Source: a virus. Taken from it: 64,000 nucleotides of DNA. The notes below the pieces were generated by a model. The model ran no database searches. It was not told the origin of the DNA and was given only the letters and a program-made list of their open reading frames with translations. Within the stretch, counting starts at the first letter, position 1. The number at the start of each line of letters is the position of its first letter. Below are positions 48,986 to 58,709 of the stretch, one piece after another. The stretch lies in the IMG/VR virus record IMGVR_UViG_3300015371_000009, positions 1-64,000 of that record; one strand, written 5' to 3'. The translations under genes and the position numbers were made by a program.

Positions 48986-50613
48986 TCGAAACCACCACGG
49001 TCAACGGCCGGCCGGCGCACGTCGCCTATATCGATGACAAGCATCAGCCGGTCGAGCCGGCGAAGGCGACGCTGATCAAGGTGCTGTTCGCTGACGAACA
49101 AGGTGGCATCGTTTACCTGGTTGGCGACGGCGCCCGTCCAGAAAAGGCGAATGGCAAGGCCGGTCATGTTGGCCTATATAACAAGGCTGCGTGGGATGAA
49201 AACGAGCACCCGCGCGCGCCAGCCGGTTCGCCGGATGGCGGGCAATTCGTAGGAGGTGGCGGTGCCGGTGGAGGACAAGGAACTGGAAGCCAAGCTTCGA
49301 AGCCTGACGCCGCGGCAACAGGAGCTGGTGCGCGAGGTCATGCAGGACCACCCGACTCTTACGTTCGAGGAAGCCCTGGAGATGCTGAAAAGCGCGGGCA
49401 TGTAGTCGCGGTCTACACGCCGTCGGCGGCGCAGCTCGCCGCCGCCAAGCAAGCCCAACGCACCCCGCAGACATTCCACGCGCTGGCGCCCGCAGGCGCC
49501 GACAAGTTCTACGCCGCCATCACCGAAGCCAAAGCCGCCGACACCAAATACGGCTCATCGGTGCACGTCTACGACGCCGAAGCCTACAAGGGCATGAGCC
49601 TGTTCCTGACGGCCGACGGCAAGTCGGGATTTGCGCTCAAAGGCAACGACATCGTGTCGTGCTTCAAGCACCCGGCCTCGACTGCCGAAGGCTTTGCCGA
49701 CGAAGCGCTCGGACTGGCGACGCAGCTCGGCGGCCGCACCCTCGACGCCTTCGATACCGTGCTGCCGCAGCTCTACAGCAAGAGCGGTTTCCGCGCGGTG
49801 GCGCGCATCCCGTGGAACGACGAACACAAGCCCGACGGCTGGAATTACGACGCCTACAAGAAATTCAAGGATGGCCGGCCAGACGTCGTGTTCATGATCT
49901 ACGACCCGGCCAACGCCAAGCGCTACAAGCCGGGCGATGGTCGCACTTACGGCAGCTACGATGACGCGTCACGCGCCCAGCATCGCGCGCTTGATGACGT
50001 GGCGGTCAACACCGCGGTCACCTCGACCAAAGAACGCTGGTACTCGGCATCGCCGTTCAAGGGCAACCTTGCCGGCGCGATGGCCGCGGCGCCGGTGGCG
50101 CAAGCGCAGCTGGGCCCGGTCGGTGAGGCGATCGCCAAAAAGTACGGCGTGGTGTTCAAAAATCCCGGCGTCAAAAAGGACGTCGCGCGCATCCAGCAAA
50201 AGGTCGCCGATCGCGGCGGCGTCGAGCGCGTCACCGATCTAGCGCGCGCCACGTTCCTGATCCGGACACCGGAGCAAGCCGAAGCGATCGCCACCGAACT
50301 CGGCAAGCATTTCGAGGTGGCGGTCGAGCCGTGGCGCATCACCGACGTCAACTACGCCGATCGCGCAATCCAGGTCAGATTCAAGGGCGGGCTGATTGGT
50401 GAGGTGCTGGTAATGGACGCCGACATGGCGCACGCCAAGTCACCGGATGGCGGCGGCGGCCATGACCTCTACGTCGAGCAGCGCAAGCTTGATCCGGTGA
50501 AAGATGCAAAGCGCTGGCAGGAGCTGCACAAGCAGCAGCAAGCGCTCTACGGCCACGTGCTGGACAATTATTCGCGGCCCTGGAAAGCCGCCTTGGGCAT
50601 CGAAGGCAGCTGA
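48982..50613 (+). CDS. protein with HPR..GQF motif, GNAT-like and RelA/SpoT-like nucleotidyltransferase domains
   Basis: WDENEHPRAPAGSPDGGQF; LDAFDTVLPQLYSKSGF; KKDVARIQQK...TDLARATF...YADRAIQV...GEVLV...GHDLY. Confidence 0.7.
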   Translation: MIETTTVNGRPAHVAYIDDKHQPVEPAKATLIKVLFADEQGGIVYLVGDGARPEKANGKAGHVGLYNKAAWDENEHPRAPAGSPDGGQFVGGGGAGGGQGTGSQASKPDAAATGAGARGHAGPPDSYVRGSPGDAEKRGHVVAVYTPSAAQLAAAKQAQRTPQTFHALAPAGADKFYAAITEAKAADTKYGSSVHVYDAEAYKGMSLFLTADGKSGFALKGNDIVSCFKHPASTAEGFADEALGLATQLGGRTLDAFDTVLPQLYSKSGFRAVARIPWNDEHKPDGWNYDAYKKFKDGRPDVVFMIYDPANAKRYKPGDGRTYGSYDDASRAQHRALDDVAVNTAVTSTKERWYSASPFKGNLAGAMAAAPVAQAQLGPVGEAIAKKYGVVFKNPGVKKDVARIQQKVADRGGVERVTDLARATFLIRTPEQAEAIATELGKHFEVAVEPWRITDVNYADRAIQVRFKGGLIGEVLVMDADMAHAKSPDGGGGHDLYVEQRKLDPVKDAKRWQELHKQQQALYGHVLDNYSRPWKAALGIEGS

Positions 50614-50786
50614 GGATAGCTGGCGCGGAAGTTGGCTTCCGACATCGGTCGAACGAACTGGGTGACTTCGGCGAGGTTCAGCTGGCGCCAACCTTCGCCG
50701 CGATCGAACGTCACCCAGGCCTCACGATCGTCGTAGACGCAAGGGTGACCCTCGAACGTGCCGTAGTTTTGCGTGGTCATGTTCAT
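50568..50786 (-). CDS. small hypothetical protein
   Basis: AGGA RBS; convergent with and overlapping the previous gene. Confidence 0.45.
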   Translation of the reverse strand: MNMTTQNYGTFEGHPCVYDDREAWVTFDRGEGWRQLNLAEVTQFVRPMSEANFRASYPQLPSMPKAAFQGRE

Positions 50787-50815
50787 CTTCCTGGACGATC
50801 CATAGTAGCAGACCA

Positions 50816-51454
50816 TCACGCCCCACGCTCTTTGCCTGCGCCGAACGGCTGTGAAGGTTGGTTGCCGAAGGGCTGTGTTGCGTCGGGTTTGCCATAAGGC
50901 TGTGATGTCCCGCCGCCACCGCCACCTTGGATTGTCGCGGCGACGCAATTGGTGAAAGCTTTGGAGACTGTTCGACTGCCCGTCATATCGAGCACCCAAG
51001 GCTGCTCGCTGCCTTGGCTGAATCTGATCCAGAACTTCGCTGCCGCACCAAACTGCTCGATAAAATCAGCGAACTTGTCGGTCTTGATGTAGAATTCGAC
51101 AATCGGCATCAGCTTCCCCGCGTAGCCGAGTGCTTCGGCTTCCCACAACACCTCTTTATCAACGCCGATGACGACTGGCACGTTGACGGCATTGGTGGGC
51201 ATTCGCCACGTGCTTTTCATCAGCTGAATCGTGGTGTGCTGGTTGCCAGCAAAATATTTGACATGCATCCCACCAGTGGCTCCGCTGTTAAAATTGATGA
51301 CAGTGAGCATGCCGCACATGGATTGTCCGCCGTCGGACGTGCCCTGGAATGCCTCCCAATGTCCGGCGCGTGCGGTGGTGTAGGTGTCACCACCAGCGTG
51401 TGCTGACGGCATCATTGCCGCGAGCAGCGCGACGGCAGTCAGTAGCTTTCTCAT
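50816..51454 (-). CDS. secreted protein, lower GC
   Basis: Signal peptide MRKLLTAVALLAAMMPSAHA; GHWEAF. Confidence 0.65.
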   Translation of the reverse strand: MRKLLTAVALLAAMMPSAHAGGDTYTTARAGHWEAFQGTSDGGQSMCGMLTVINFNSGATGGMHVKYFAGNQHTTIQLMKSTWRMPTNAVNVPVVIGVDKEVLWEAEALGYAGKLMPIVEFYIKTDKFADFIEQFGAAAKFWIRFSQGSEQPWVLDMTGSRTVSKAFTNCVAATIQGGGGGGTSQPYGKPDATQPFGNQPSQPFGAGKERGA

Positions 51455-51458
51455 TTTT

Positions 51459-51797
51459 TCACTCTCCGTTGGTTGGGTTTGGTTGGGATAGCTTGGCGCG
51501 AAACCGGCGACACTGCGCGGGCTTCTGGCCGTAGGCACCGGCGGCTTTTTCGCCGATGTAGTGGAGCAGGATCGCGCGGGCGGCCGGCGGCAGATCGGCG
51601 CCCAGCATGCGGTTGACGATCCCGGCGGTGAGGCCGGAGCCTTTGTGCTCGGCGCGTTGGATGGTCCAGGCGGTGCTGCGCGGAATGCCCAGCGCACGCG
51701 CCTGCTGATCGAGCGAGCGGATGCCAGACGCGGCCAGCGCCGCGGTCAGCTCAGCGATCCGCTGGCGCTGCAAGGCTTTCATGTCGCGCGGGCTCAT
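51459..51797 (-). CDS. HTH protein
   Basis: SLDQQARALGIPRSTAWTI. Confidence 0.65.
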   Translation of the reverse strand: MSPRDMKALQRQRIAELTAALAASGIRSLDQQARALGIPRSTAWTIQRAEHKGSGLTAGIVNRMLGADLPPAARAILLHYIGEKAAGAYGQKPAQCRRFRAKLSQPNPTNGE

Positions 51798-52097
51798 TTA
51801 TGCGGCCTTCCTATTGCGAAGACCGAACACGTCGCGCGCGGAGGGCGCGATCGACAGGGCTTCTGTTTCGATGATCCGCGCGGCGCATTGTGCTGGTGAT
51901 TGACCATCCTTCTCGGATGCATCGATCATCGACAGGTCAGCCCGGCACAGACTTTGCGCGAGCAGGCCATGGCCGGCCGCGGCCAGCACTTGGACAACGG
52001 CGTTCGCATATTGCGTCGCTGGCTTGCCGCGGTTGGCAACGCGCTGCTCAGCCTCACGCTGCAGCCGCGCAACCTCGATCAGGATTTCGTCACGCAT
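51798..52097 (-). CDS. hypothetical protein
   Basis: Coupled ORF. Confidence 0.5.
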   Translation of the reverse strand: MRDEILIEVARLQREAEQRVANRGKPATQYANAVVQVLAAAGHGLLAQSLCRADLSMIDASEKDGQSPAQCAARIIETEALSIAPSARDVFGLRNRKAA

Positions 52098-52518
52098 TCC
52101 ATTTGTCCTTAGTCAGAATTTCCCAGGCCGCGACGTAGCGGCAGCGTAGCGAGCCCGGCAGCGATGCCGGTCTGGCAAAGTGGTCGGCGATGTCGGCGAG
52201 CTTGACCTTGATAGCGAGCGTGTTGCCGCTGGCGCCAAGCTCAGTGATCCAGTCGAGGTAATCGCGGCCTTTGGGCCGGCTCAGCAAGCCGACGGCGGCG
52301 ACAATCTGCTCGGAATAGCCAAGCTCGCGCAGCACCTCTAGCGTGACGAAAGTGTCCTCGATCACGTCGTGCAACAGCGCCACGGTCTTCGCGGTGTTGC
52401 CGTCGAGCCGGCCAGCGACCGCGACCAAGTGCTCCCAGTAGGGAGCGCCGGCAAGATCGAGCTGGCCGCCGTGGGCGGCCTTCACGAACTCCAGGGTTTC
52501 GACCAGCGTCGGACTCAT
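52090..52518 (-). CDS. HD-domain small alarmone hydrolase-like protein (SpoT/Mesh1-type)
   Basis: AHGGQ...GAPYWEH...ALLHDVIEDT...KVKLAD. Confidence 0.85.
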   Translation of the reverse strand: MSPTLVETLEFVKAAHGGQLDLAGAPYWEHLVAVAGRLDGNTAKTVALLHDVIEDTFVTLEVLRELGYSEQIVAAVGLLSRPKGRDYLDWITELGASGNTLAIKVKLADIADHFARPASLPGSLRCRYVAAWEILTKDKWNA

Positions 52519-52522
52519 CGCG

Positions 52523-52834
52523 TCACCCATACCAACTGCAGGACTTCGGCTTGCCGTCCCAGCGATAGCAGCGGCGATACGACGCCAGCTTGACCACGCC
52601 GTCGGCACTCGGCCGCTTGCGGAACACCTCCGGGAAATCCGGGTGAAACTCGAACGGCGCAACCGGCCAAGTTTTCCCGCTCATCGCGCCGGGGCTGTTC
52701 TCGACCGTCACGGCGTTGAGCTGGCGCATTTCGATCATGCTGCCCTTCACCGCGGTGACCTTGAAAAACTCGACGTTGGTCTGGTCATAGCCCCAGCTTG
52801 AGGCCAGCACGTCATCAACTTTGTACGGGTTCAT
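52523..52834 (-). CDS. hypothetical phage protein
   Basis: SSWGYDQTNVEFFKV; GAGGAG RBS. Confidence 0.65.
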   Translation of the reverse strand: MNPYKVDDVLASSWGYDQTNVEFFKVTAVKGSMIEMRQLNAVTVENSPGAMSGKTWPVAPFEFHPDFPEVFRKRPSADGVVKLASYRRCYRWDGKPKSCSWYG

Positions 52835-52972
52835 TACTTCGACTCCTCTTCGCCTCTGACCAGCGCAGCGACCCAGGTGAAAATGATCGCGATGACGATC
52901 GGACTTAAAAGCACAACGATGGTTTCCATGGTGGCGAAGGTCTTCATTTCTTTGCTCCGTTCTTACTGACAA

Positions 52973-53002
52973 TACATAGGCCAAACTGGCCGCAATGGCA
53001 AG
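52973..53002 (-). promoter_or_regulatory. sigma70 promoter with shared operator
   Basis: Minus strand cttgcca-ttgc-ggccagtttggcc-tatgta. Confidence 0.65.
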
Positions 53003-53101
53003 AGCCAGCGGCAAAAAATAAAACCCAACGATAACAATAGGTTCCGGTCATAACGGCCGGAATGGTGAACCGGCCACTATGACCGGGGCAGGAGGTAAGC
53101 C

Positions 53102-55360
53102 ATGCCGATGAAGCCGCACAAAGGCGAAAGCCAGAGCGATTTCATGAAGCGCTGCGTCCCGGAAATGATGGGCAACGGCAAGCGCGAAAACGATCAGGCG
53201 GTCGCCGCCTGCATGCAGATGTTTCGCGACGACAAGAACAAGCAGATCGATCCGGAGGACTACGACACCCTTGAGGAGTTCATGGCCGACTGCACGGCCG
53301 AAGGCGAAGACATCGAGTCGTGCAAGCTGATTTGGGAGCAGCGCAAGCACAAGGGCGCGCCCGCGGTGCTGCACAAGACCCATGCCGGCGCCGTGCAGGG
53401 AATGGAATTCGTGCTGTCCGACGAAACGCCCGATCGCATGGGCGACGTCATCGTGTCGACCGGCTGGCAGCTCGACAACTTCAAGAAAAATCCGATCGCG
53501 CTGTTCAACCATCGCGCCGATTTCCCGATCGGCAAGTGGCAAAATCTGCGCATCGACAAGGGCGCGCTGCGCGGTCATCTGCAGCTGGCGCCAGCCGGCA
53601 CCTCCGACCGCATTGATGAAATCCGCAAGCTGATCGAGGCCGACATTCTGCGCGCCGTATCGGTCGGCTTCCGGCCCGTGGAATCGCAGGCGCGCAAAGG
53701 CGCCGGTGATGTCGTGCTGGGCGAAACCTTCGCCAAGCAAGAGCTAGTCGAAACCTCGCTGGTCAGCGTTCCGGCAAACCCGAACGCGCTGGCGGTGGCC
53801 AAGTCGATGAAGATTTCCGCCGCGACCCTCGACCTCGTCTTCGCCAAGCAAGGCAACAGAAGCGTGGTCCGCAGGACTCAAGGCGTCCCTGGCGAGCAAG
53901 CCGAAACATCTCGTATCGGAAAGAGCAGACAAATGTCGCTCGCACAACGCATCAAAGACGCGGAGGGCCGCATCGTCGGCTTCCGCGACAAGCTTACGGA
54001 CCATCTCGGCAAAGTCGATGACAGCAATGTCAGCGATGCCGACCTCGAGGTGACGCGCGAACTGAACGGCAAAATCGCGCAAGAGGAAAAAGGCCTCGAG
54101 GCACTCAAGGAGGCCGAGAAGCGGCTTGCCCTCACATCCGAGGACGATGCCGACGGCAACAACGGCGGCGCTGAACACCGCGTCACCAACGGCGGCGGCA
54201 ACAACAATCTCGTTGTCGCGCGCGCTGGATCGGCTCGGCCGTTCAACTTCACGCCGAAAAAAATGAAGGCGATCGACTACCTGGTGCGCGACGGTGTCGT
54301 GCAGCTGTTCTCGCATCGCCTGCACAAGCCGATCGATGATGTTCGGCGTGCGATCTACGGCGAAGACGAAGCCACCAAGGCGTTCATCGAGTTCAGCCAG
54401 AAGGCGGCCACGGCTCCGGCCATGACCAACGTCAGCGGCTGGGCCCAGGAACTGGTGCAACAGGTCAACGCCGAATTCCTCGAGCCGCTGAAGGCCAAGG
54501 CGATCTATCCCAGGCTGGCGCAAGCCGGCTTGGCGCTGACATTCGGCCGCAACGGCAAGATCGTCATCCCGACGCGGTCGGCCACCCCGACCATCGCCGG
54601 ATCGTTCGTCGGTGAAGGCAATCCCATCCCGGTGCGGCAGGGCGCCTTCACATCGTCGACGCTCACGCCGAAAAAAATGGCGGTCATCACCACGTGGACC
54701 CGCGAGATTGACGAGCACAGCGTGCCGGCGATTGAAGGCTTGCTGCGCGATGCAATCCAGCAGGACACTGCGACCGCGATCGACAGCGTGCTGCTCGACG
54801 CCAATCCGGCGACCGCGATCCGGCCGCCCGGCCTGCTCAACGGCGTTGCGGCTCTCACCGCCACGACCGGCGGCGGCTTCAACGCACTGGTGGGCGACCT
54901 CAAGCAGCTCAGCGGCGCGCTGATCACCGGCACGCAAGGCCATGTCCGCAACATGGTCTGGTTGATGAATCCTCAGCAAGTCCTGTCGATCGCACTGACG
55001 GCAGCTCCTGGTGTGGGTGCCTTCCCGTTCAAGGAGGAAATCAGCCGCGGGCAATTGCTGACGAACACCGTCATCGATTCCGGCACCGTGCCGCTTGGCA
55101 CCGTGATCGTGGTCGACGCGGCGGACTTCGTCACCGTCGGCGGTGAAGCGCCCCGGTTCGAAATCTCGGACCAAGCGACGCTGCACATGGAAGACACCGC
55201 GCCTCTGGCCATTTCGACGCCCGGCACACCGGCAACCGTTGCCGCGCCCGTGCGTTCGCTCTGGCAGACCGACTCGATGGCGCTGCGGCTGATCCTGCCG
55301 CTGAACTGGACGCTGCGTCGCACTGGCGTGGTCGCCTGGACTCAAAGCGTCACGTGGTAG
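53102..55360 (+). CDS. HK97-type prohead protease / major capsid protein fusion
   Basis: DRMGDVI...NPIALFNH...AVSVGF...ETSLVSVPANPNA, then capsid motifs FVGEGNPIP, LTPKK, SLWQTD. Confidence 0.93.
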   Translation: MPMKPHKGESQSDFMKRCVPEMMGNGKRENDQAVAACMQMFRDDKNKQIDPEDYDTLEEFMADCTAEGEDIESCKLIWEQRKHKGAPAVLHKTHAGAVQGMEFVLSDETPDRMGDVIVSTGWQLDNFKKNPIALFNHRADFPIGKWQNLRIDKGALRGHLQLAPAGTSDRIDEIRKLIEADILRAVSVGFRPVESQARKGAGDVVLGETFAKQELVETSLVSVPANPNALAVAKSMKISAATLDLVFAKQGNRSVVRRTQGVPGEQAETSRIGKSRQMSLAQRIKDAEGRIVGFRDKLTDHLGKVDDSNVSDADLEVTRELNGKIAQEEKGLEALKEAEKRLALTSEDDADGNNGGAEHRVTNGGGNNNLVVARAGSARPFNFTPKKMKAIDYLVRDGVVQLFSHRLHKPIDDVRRAIYGEDEATKAFIEFSQKAATAPAMTNVSGWAQELVQQVNAEFLEPLKAKAIYPRLAQAGLALTFGRNGKIVIPTRSATPTIAGSFVGEGNPIPVRQGAFTSSTLTPKKMAVITTWTREIDEHSVPAIEGLLRDAIQQDTATAIDSVLLDANPATAIRPPGLLNGVAALTATTGGGFNALVGDLKQLSGALITGTQGHVRNMVWLMNPQQVLSIALTAAPGVGAFPFKEEISRGQLLTNTVIDSGTVPLGTVIVVDAADFVTVGGEAPRFEISDQATLHMEDTAPLAISTPGTPATVAAPVRSLWQTDSMALRLILPLNWTLRRTGVVAWTQSVTW

Positions 55361-55366
55361 GCCCGG

Positions 55367-55394
55367 AGGGCCCGCCAAATCCGGCGGGCCTTTC
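55367..55394 (+). terminator. terminator after the capsid gene
   Basis: ggcccgcc-aaatcc-ggcgggcc-ttt. Confidence 0.55.
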
Positions 55395-55430
55395 ACCTCG
55401 CTAAGCGATCACAAAAACAGGAGACAGAAA

Positions 55431-55733
55431 ATGGACGTAACGGAAACTCAGAAAAGTCAGTTGGCCGCCAGCAAAGTGGCTGCCGAAAAGACGCTCCAAG
55501 ATCAAGAGCGTGTTGCCAAAGGCAAGCCGACGCCGACTCAGGAAGAGAATGATTTGGCGCGGGTCGGTGTTCATGTGACGGAGCATGAAGACGACGGCAG
55601 CGGGCCCGATCCGAACAATCCGGTCGGACTTGATCAGCGTCAGATCGAGGCCAAGCGGCCGGGACAGAACTACCAGACCCGTGCAGCGCAACCGGCATCG
55701 CGGCCGGCGGCAACGACTCATCGAAGCGAATGA
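55431..55733 (+). CDS. hypothetical head-region protein
   Basis: AGGAG RBS; KPTPTQEEND; YQTR. Confidence 0.65.
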   Translation: MDVTETQKSQLAASKVAAEKTLQDQERVAKGKPTPTQEENDLARVGVHVTEHEDDGSGPDPNNPVGLDQRQIEAKRPGQNYQTRAAQPASRPAATTHRSE

Positions 55734-57181
55734 ACGCGAAGTCACTCATTCGCCGAATGTTGTCCCCCTTGGTCGCGAAAGCGGCCGAGGGGGAATACCG
55801 TCCTGGGCCATGGCAGCTGCCGATCACCGGCGGCTGGCTGTCCAGCGACGTCGGCCAGTATTGGAATTGGTGGCAGCTCGGCTACAACCCGGAAACCGGG
55901 GCCGGCCGCTCCGCCATCGTCGAAGCTTGCGTGTCGGCGTACGCGCAAACCATAGCCATGTGCCCCGGCGATCACTGGAGGATGAACAAAAAGAAAGGTC
56001 GCGATCGCGTCACCAATTCGGCGCTCGCGCGTATCCTGCGCTATCCCAACGACTACCAATCGATTTCCGATTTCCTGCTCAATCTAGTGCGGCAGCTGTT
56101 CCTTGAGGGCAACGCCTATTGCTTGGCGCTGCGCAATGACCGCTTCGAAGTCGACGAATTGCACTTGATGGATTCGCGGCAGTCGGCGCCGCAGCTCGCC
56201 AGAACCGGCGACGTGTTCTATCACCTCGCCGGCAACAGCGTCATCCAACGCCGGATCACCGGGCCGCTGATCGTGCCGCAGCGTGACGTTTTGCACGTGC
56301 GGCTGGCGTGCGACCGGCGCTCGCCATGGCCGCTGCTCGGCCAGTCACCGCTCGAGGCGGCATTTTCTGATCTTGAAGTCGGCGACGCGCTGCAGCGTCA
56401 GCAGATTCAATATTACCTGAACCAGGCGCGGCCCTCCGCGGTGCTGTCGACCGACCTCGACCTCGACAAGGACCAGACCCAATCGCTGCGCGATCGCTGG
56501 AACGATCAAGTGCGCGGCATGGGCTCGGGCGGCACGCCGATTCTCACACACGGCTTGAAGGTGCAGCCGTGGGGCACTGCGCCGAAGGACGCGATGATCG
56601 CCGACATCGCCAAGCTCAGCGACCAGCGCGTCGCTCTGGTGTTTCGCGTGCCGCTGCAAATTCTCGGGCTCGGCGGCACACCGCTCAGCTCGACCGAAGC
56701 ACAGATGCAATGGTGGATCGCCAACGGTTTGGGCTTTGCACTGAATCATGTTGAGGAGGCGATCGGCGTGCTGTTTCAGTTGGCCGGTCAGCCCGATGAG
56801 TACGTTGAATTCGACACCGCGGCGTTGCTGCGCTCGGCATTCAAGGATCGGGTCGAGGCATTGGCGCGCGGCGTGCAGGGCGGCATTTTTGCGCCGAACG
56901 AAGCGCGCAATCAGGAAGGCTATGACAGCGTGAAGTTCGGCGATGAGCCGCGCGTGCAACAGCAAGTGGTCCCGTTGTCCGCCGCCGCCGAAATCCCCGC
57001 CGCTCCAGCACCGCGGGCGGCGCCGCCCGCAGCCGGGCAACCGGCACCGGTTGATGGCGCCAAGCCCGCGCCCGCTCAAGAAGCCAAGCCCGCCGCCAAG
57101 GAATTTTCCCATGACGACATCAAACGGGAAGCCCGACGAGTCATTGCTTCCGCCGCCAGAATCGGCCGGCGTTTTAACTGA
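55730..57181 (+). CDS. portal protein (HK97 family)
   Basis: VEACVSAYAQTIA, GNAY, GQSPL, VFRVP, PNEARNQEG. Confidence 0.92.
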   Translation: MNAKSLIRRMLSPLVAKAAEGEYRPGPWQLPITGGWLSSDVGQYWNWWQLGYNPETGAGRSAIVEACVSAYAQTIAMCPGDHWRMNKKKGRDRVTNSALARILRYPNDYQSISDFLLNLVRQLFLEGNAYCLALRNDRFEVDELHLMDSRQSAPQLARTGDVFYHLAGNSVIQRRITGPLIVPQRDVLHVRLACDRRSPWPLLGQSPLEAAFSDLEVGDALQRQQIQYYLNQARPSAVLSTDLDLDKDQTQSLRDRWNDQVRGMGSGGTPILTHGLKVQPWGTAPKDAMIADIAKLSDQRVALVFRVPLQILGLGGTPLSSTEAQMQWWIANGLGFALNHVEEAIGVLFQLAGQPDEYVEFDTAALLRSAFKDRVEALARGVQGGIFAPNEARNQEGYDSVKFGDEPRVQQQVVPLSAAAEIPAAPAPRAAPPAAGQPAPVDGAKPAPAQEAKPAAKEFSHDDIKREARRVIASAARIGRRFN

Positions 57182-58613
57182 CCTCTGGCATGAGGTGCTG
57201 GCCGAAACGCTGGCGCTCGAGCGCGAGCAGTGGCAGCGCGATCGCGCGCTGATGCAATCGCAGTCTGACGCCATCATCGCCAATCTGCGCGCCGAAGTGG
57301 CGACGCTGCGCAGCGACATGGTCACGCTGATCACCGAACGGCTGGCCAGCTTGCGCAACGGCGAGCCCGGCCCGCGCGGTCAACGCGGTGAGAAGGGCCA
57401 GCCCGGCAACGATGGCGCACCCGGCAGTGTCGGCGAACCAGGACCGCCGGGGCCGCAAGGCGAACGTGGTGAAGCAGGCATGCCCGGCACCGCCGGCCAA
57501 GCAGGCCCGCCGGGCGAACCGGGGGCGCCGGGTCAACAGGGGCCGCAAGGTCAACCCGGAGAAAAGGGCCAGCCCGGCGCCGATGGTGTTGCGGGCCCGG
57601 CTGGCCCGCCGGGAGAACCTGGGGCGGCAGGCGCGCCCGGTGAGCCAGGACCGCAGGGCCCGGCAGGGCCGCAGGGTGAGGCTGGGCAACCCGGTGAAGC
57701 CGGCCCGCAGGGCGCCGCAGGGCCGCAGGGACCGGCCGGCGAAGCCGGTCAACCTGGGGAGCGCGGCTTGCCCGGTGAACCCGGCGCCCATGGCGAAAAG
57801 GGCGATCCCGGAACCGACGGCGCGCCCGGCGCGCCCGGCGCGCGCGGCGAACCTGGGCAGAAGGGCGAGCGCGGCGACAAAGGCCTCGACGGCAAGGACG
57901 GCGCGATCGGCGCCATGGGCCCGCAGGGTCAGCGCGGAGAGATGGGCCCGCGCGGCCAGCGCGGCGAACCCGGTGAGCGCGGGCTACCCGGCACGCCGGG
58001 GCTGAAGGGCGACACCGGCCCGACTGGCCAACGCGGCGAACCTGGGCAGCCCGGCCTGCGCGGCGAGAAGGGCGACAAAGGTGAAGTGGGCCCGATCGGC
58101 TTGCTGCCGGTGGTGAAGGCGTGGAAGCCCGACACCGTCCACTATCGCGCAGAAGTCGTGATGCATAACGGCGCCAGCTTCCAGGCCACCAAGGACACCG
58201 GCCAGGAGCCGCCGCATTCGGACTGGATCGCACTGTCGATCGCCGGCCGCGACGGCGCGTCGCCGGAAGTGCTCGGCACCTACAAGCCGGGCGAGAAGTA
58301 CAAGCGGCTGAACATCGTCGCGCTGAACAACGGCAGCTTCATCGCCAAGCGCGATGATCCCGGCGAATGCCCCGGGGATGGCTGGCAGCTGCTCACGTCA
58401 CCCGGTCGCAAGGGCGACAAAGGGCTGCCCGGCGATCGTGGCGAGAAAGGCTTGCGCGGCGAGAAGGGCGACCCCGGCGACACCGTGGTCGTGGTCGGCT
58501 GGCGGGTCGAGCGCTCCAAGTATGTCGCGACGCCGGTGATGTCCGACGGCAAGGACGGCCCGCCGCTCGAGCTGCGCGCGCTGTTCGAACAATTCCAGGG
58601 CGAAGCGCGCTGA
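57111..58613 (+). CDS. collagen-like virion protein
   Basis: About 80 Gly-X-Y triplets and a C-terminal domain with VMHNGASF...PPHSDW. Confidence 0.85.
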   Translation: MTTSNGKPDESLLPPPESAGVLTDLWHEVLAETLALEREQWQRDRALMQSQSDAIIANLRAEVATLRSDMVTLITERLASLRNGEPGPRGQRGEKGQPGNDGAPGSVGEPGPPGPQGERGEAGMPGTAGQAGPPGEPGAPGQQGPQGQPGEKGQPGADGVAGPAGPPGEPGAAGAPGEPGPQGPAGPQGEAGQPGEAGPQGAAGPQGPAGEAGQPGERGLPGEPGAHGEKGDPGTDGAPGAPGARGEPGQKGERGDKGLDGKDGAIGAMGPQGQRGEMGPRGQRGEPGERGLPGTPGLKGDTGPTGQRGEPGQPGLRGEKGDKGEVGPIGLLPVVKAWKPDTVHYRAEVVMHNGASFQATKDTGQEPPHSDWIALSIAGRDGASPEVLGTYKPGEKYKRLNIVALNNGSFIAKRDDPGECPGDGWQLLTSPGRKGDKGLPGDRGEKGLRGEKGDPGDTVVVVGWRVERSKYVATPVMSDGKDGPPLELRALFEQFQGEAR

Positions 58614-58709
58614 AGCGAAGTGGCACGGCGGCACCGCTCGCTTGGATGTCAATGCCACTGTGGCCGCCGTGCCGTGGTCCTCTCGCGAAGACCGTGAAAA
58701 GCGTAATCC

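Noticed and set aside
57360-58100. Collagen-coding GGN repeats as a second guide array
   Set aside because: Period 9, in frame with a Gly-X-Y protein and no linkers; the same applies to 41030-41350.
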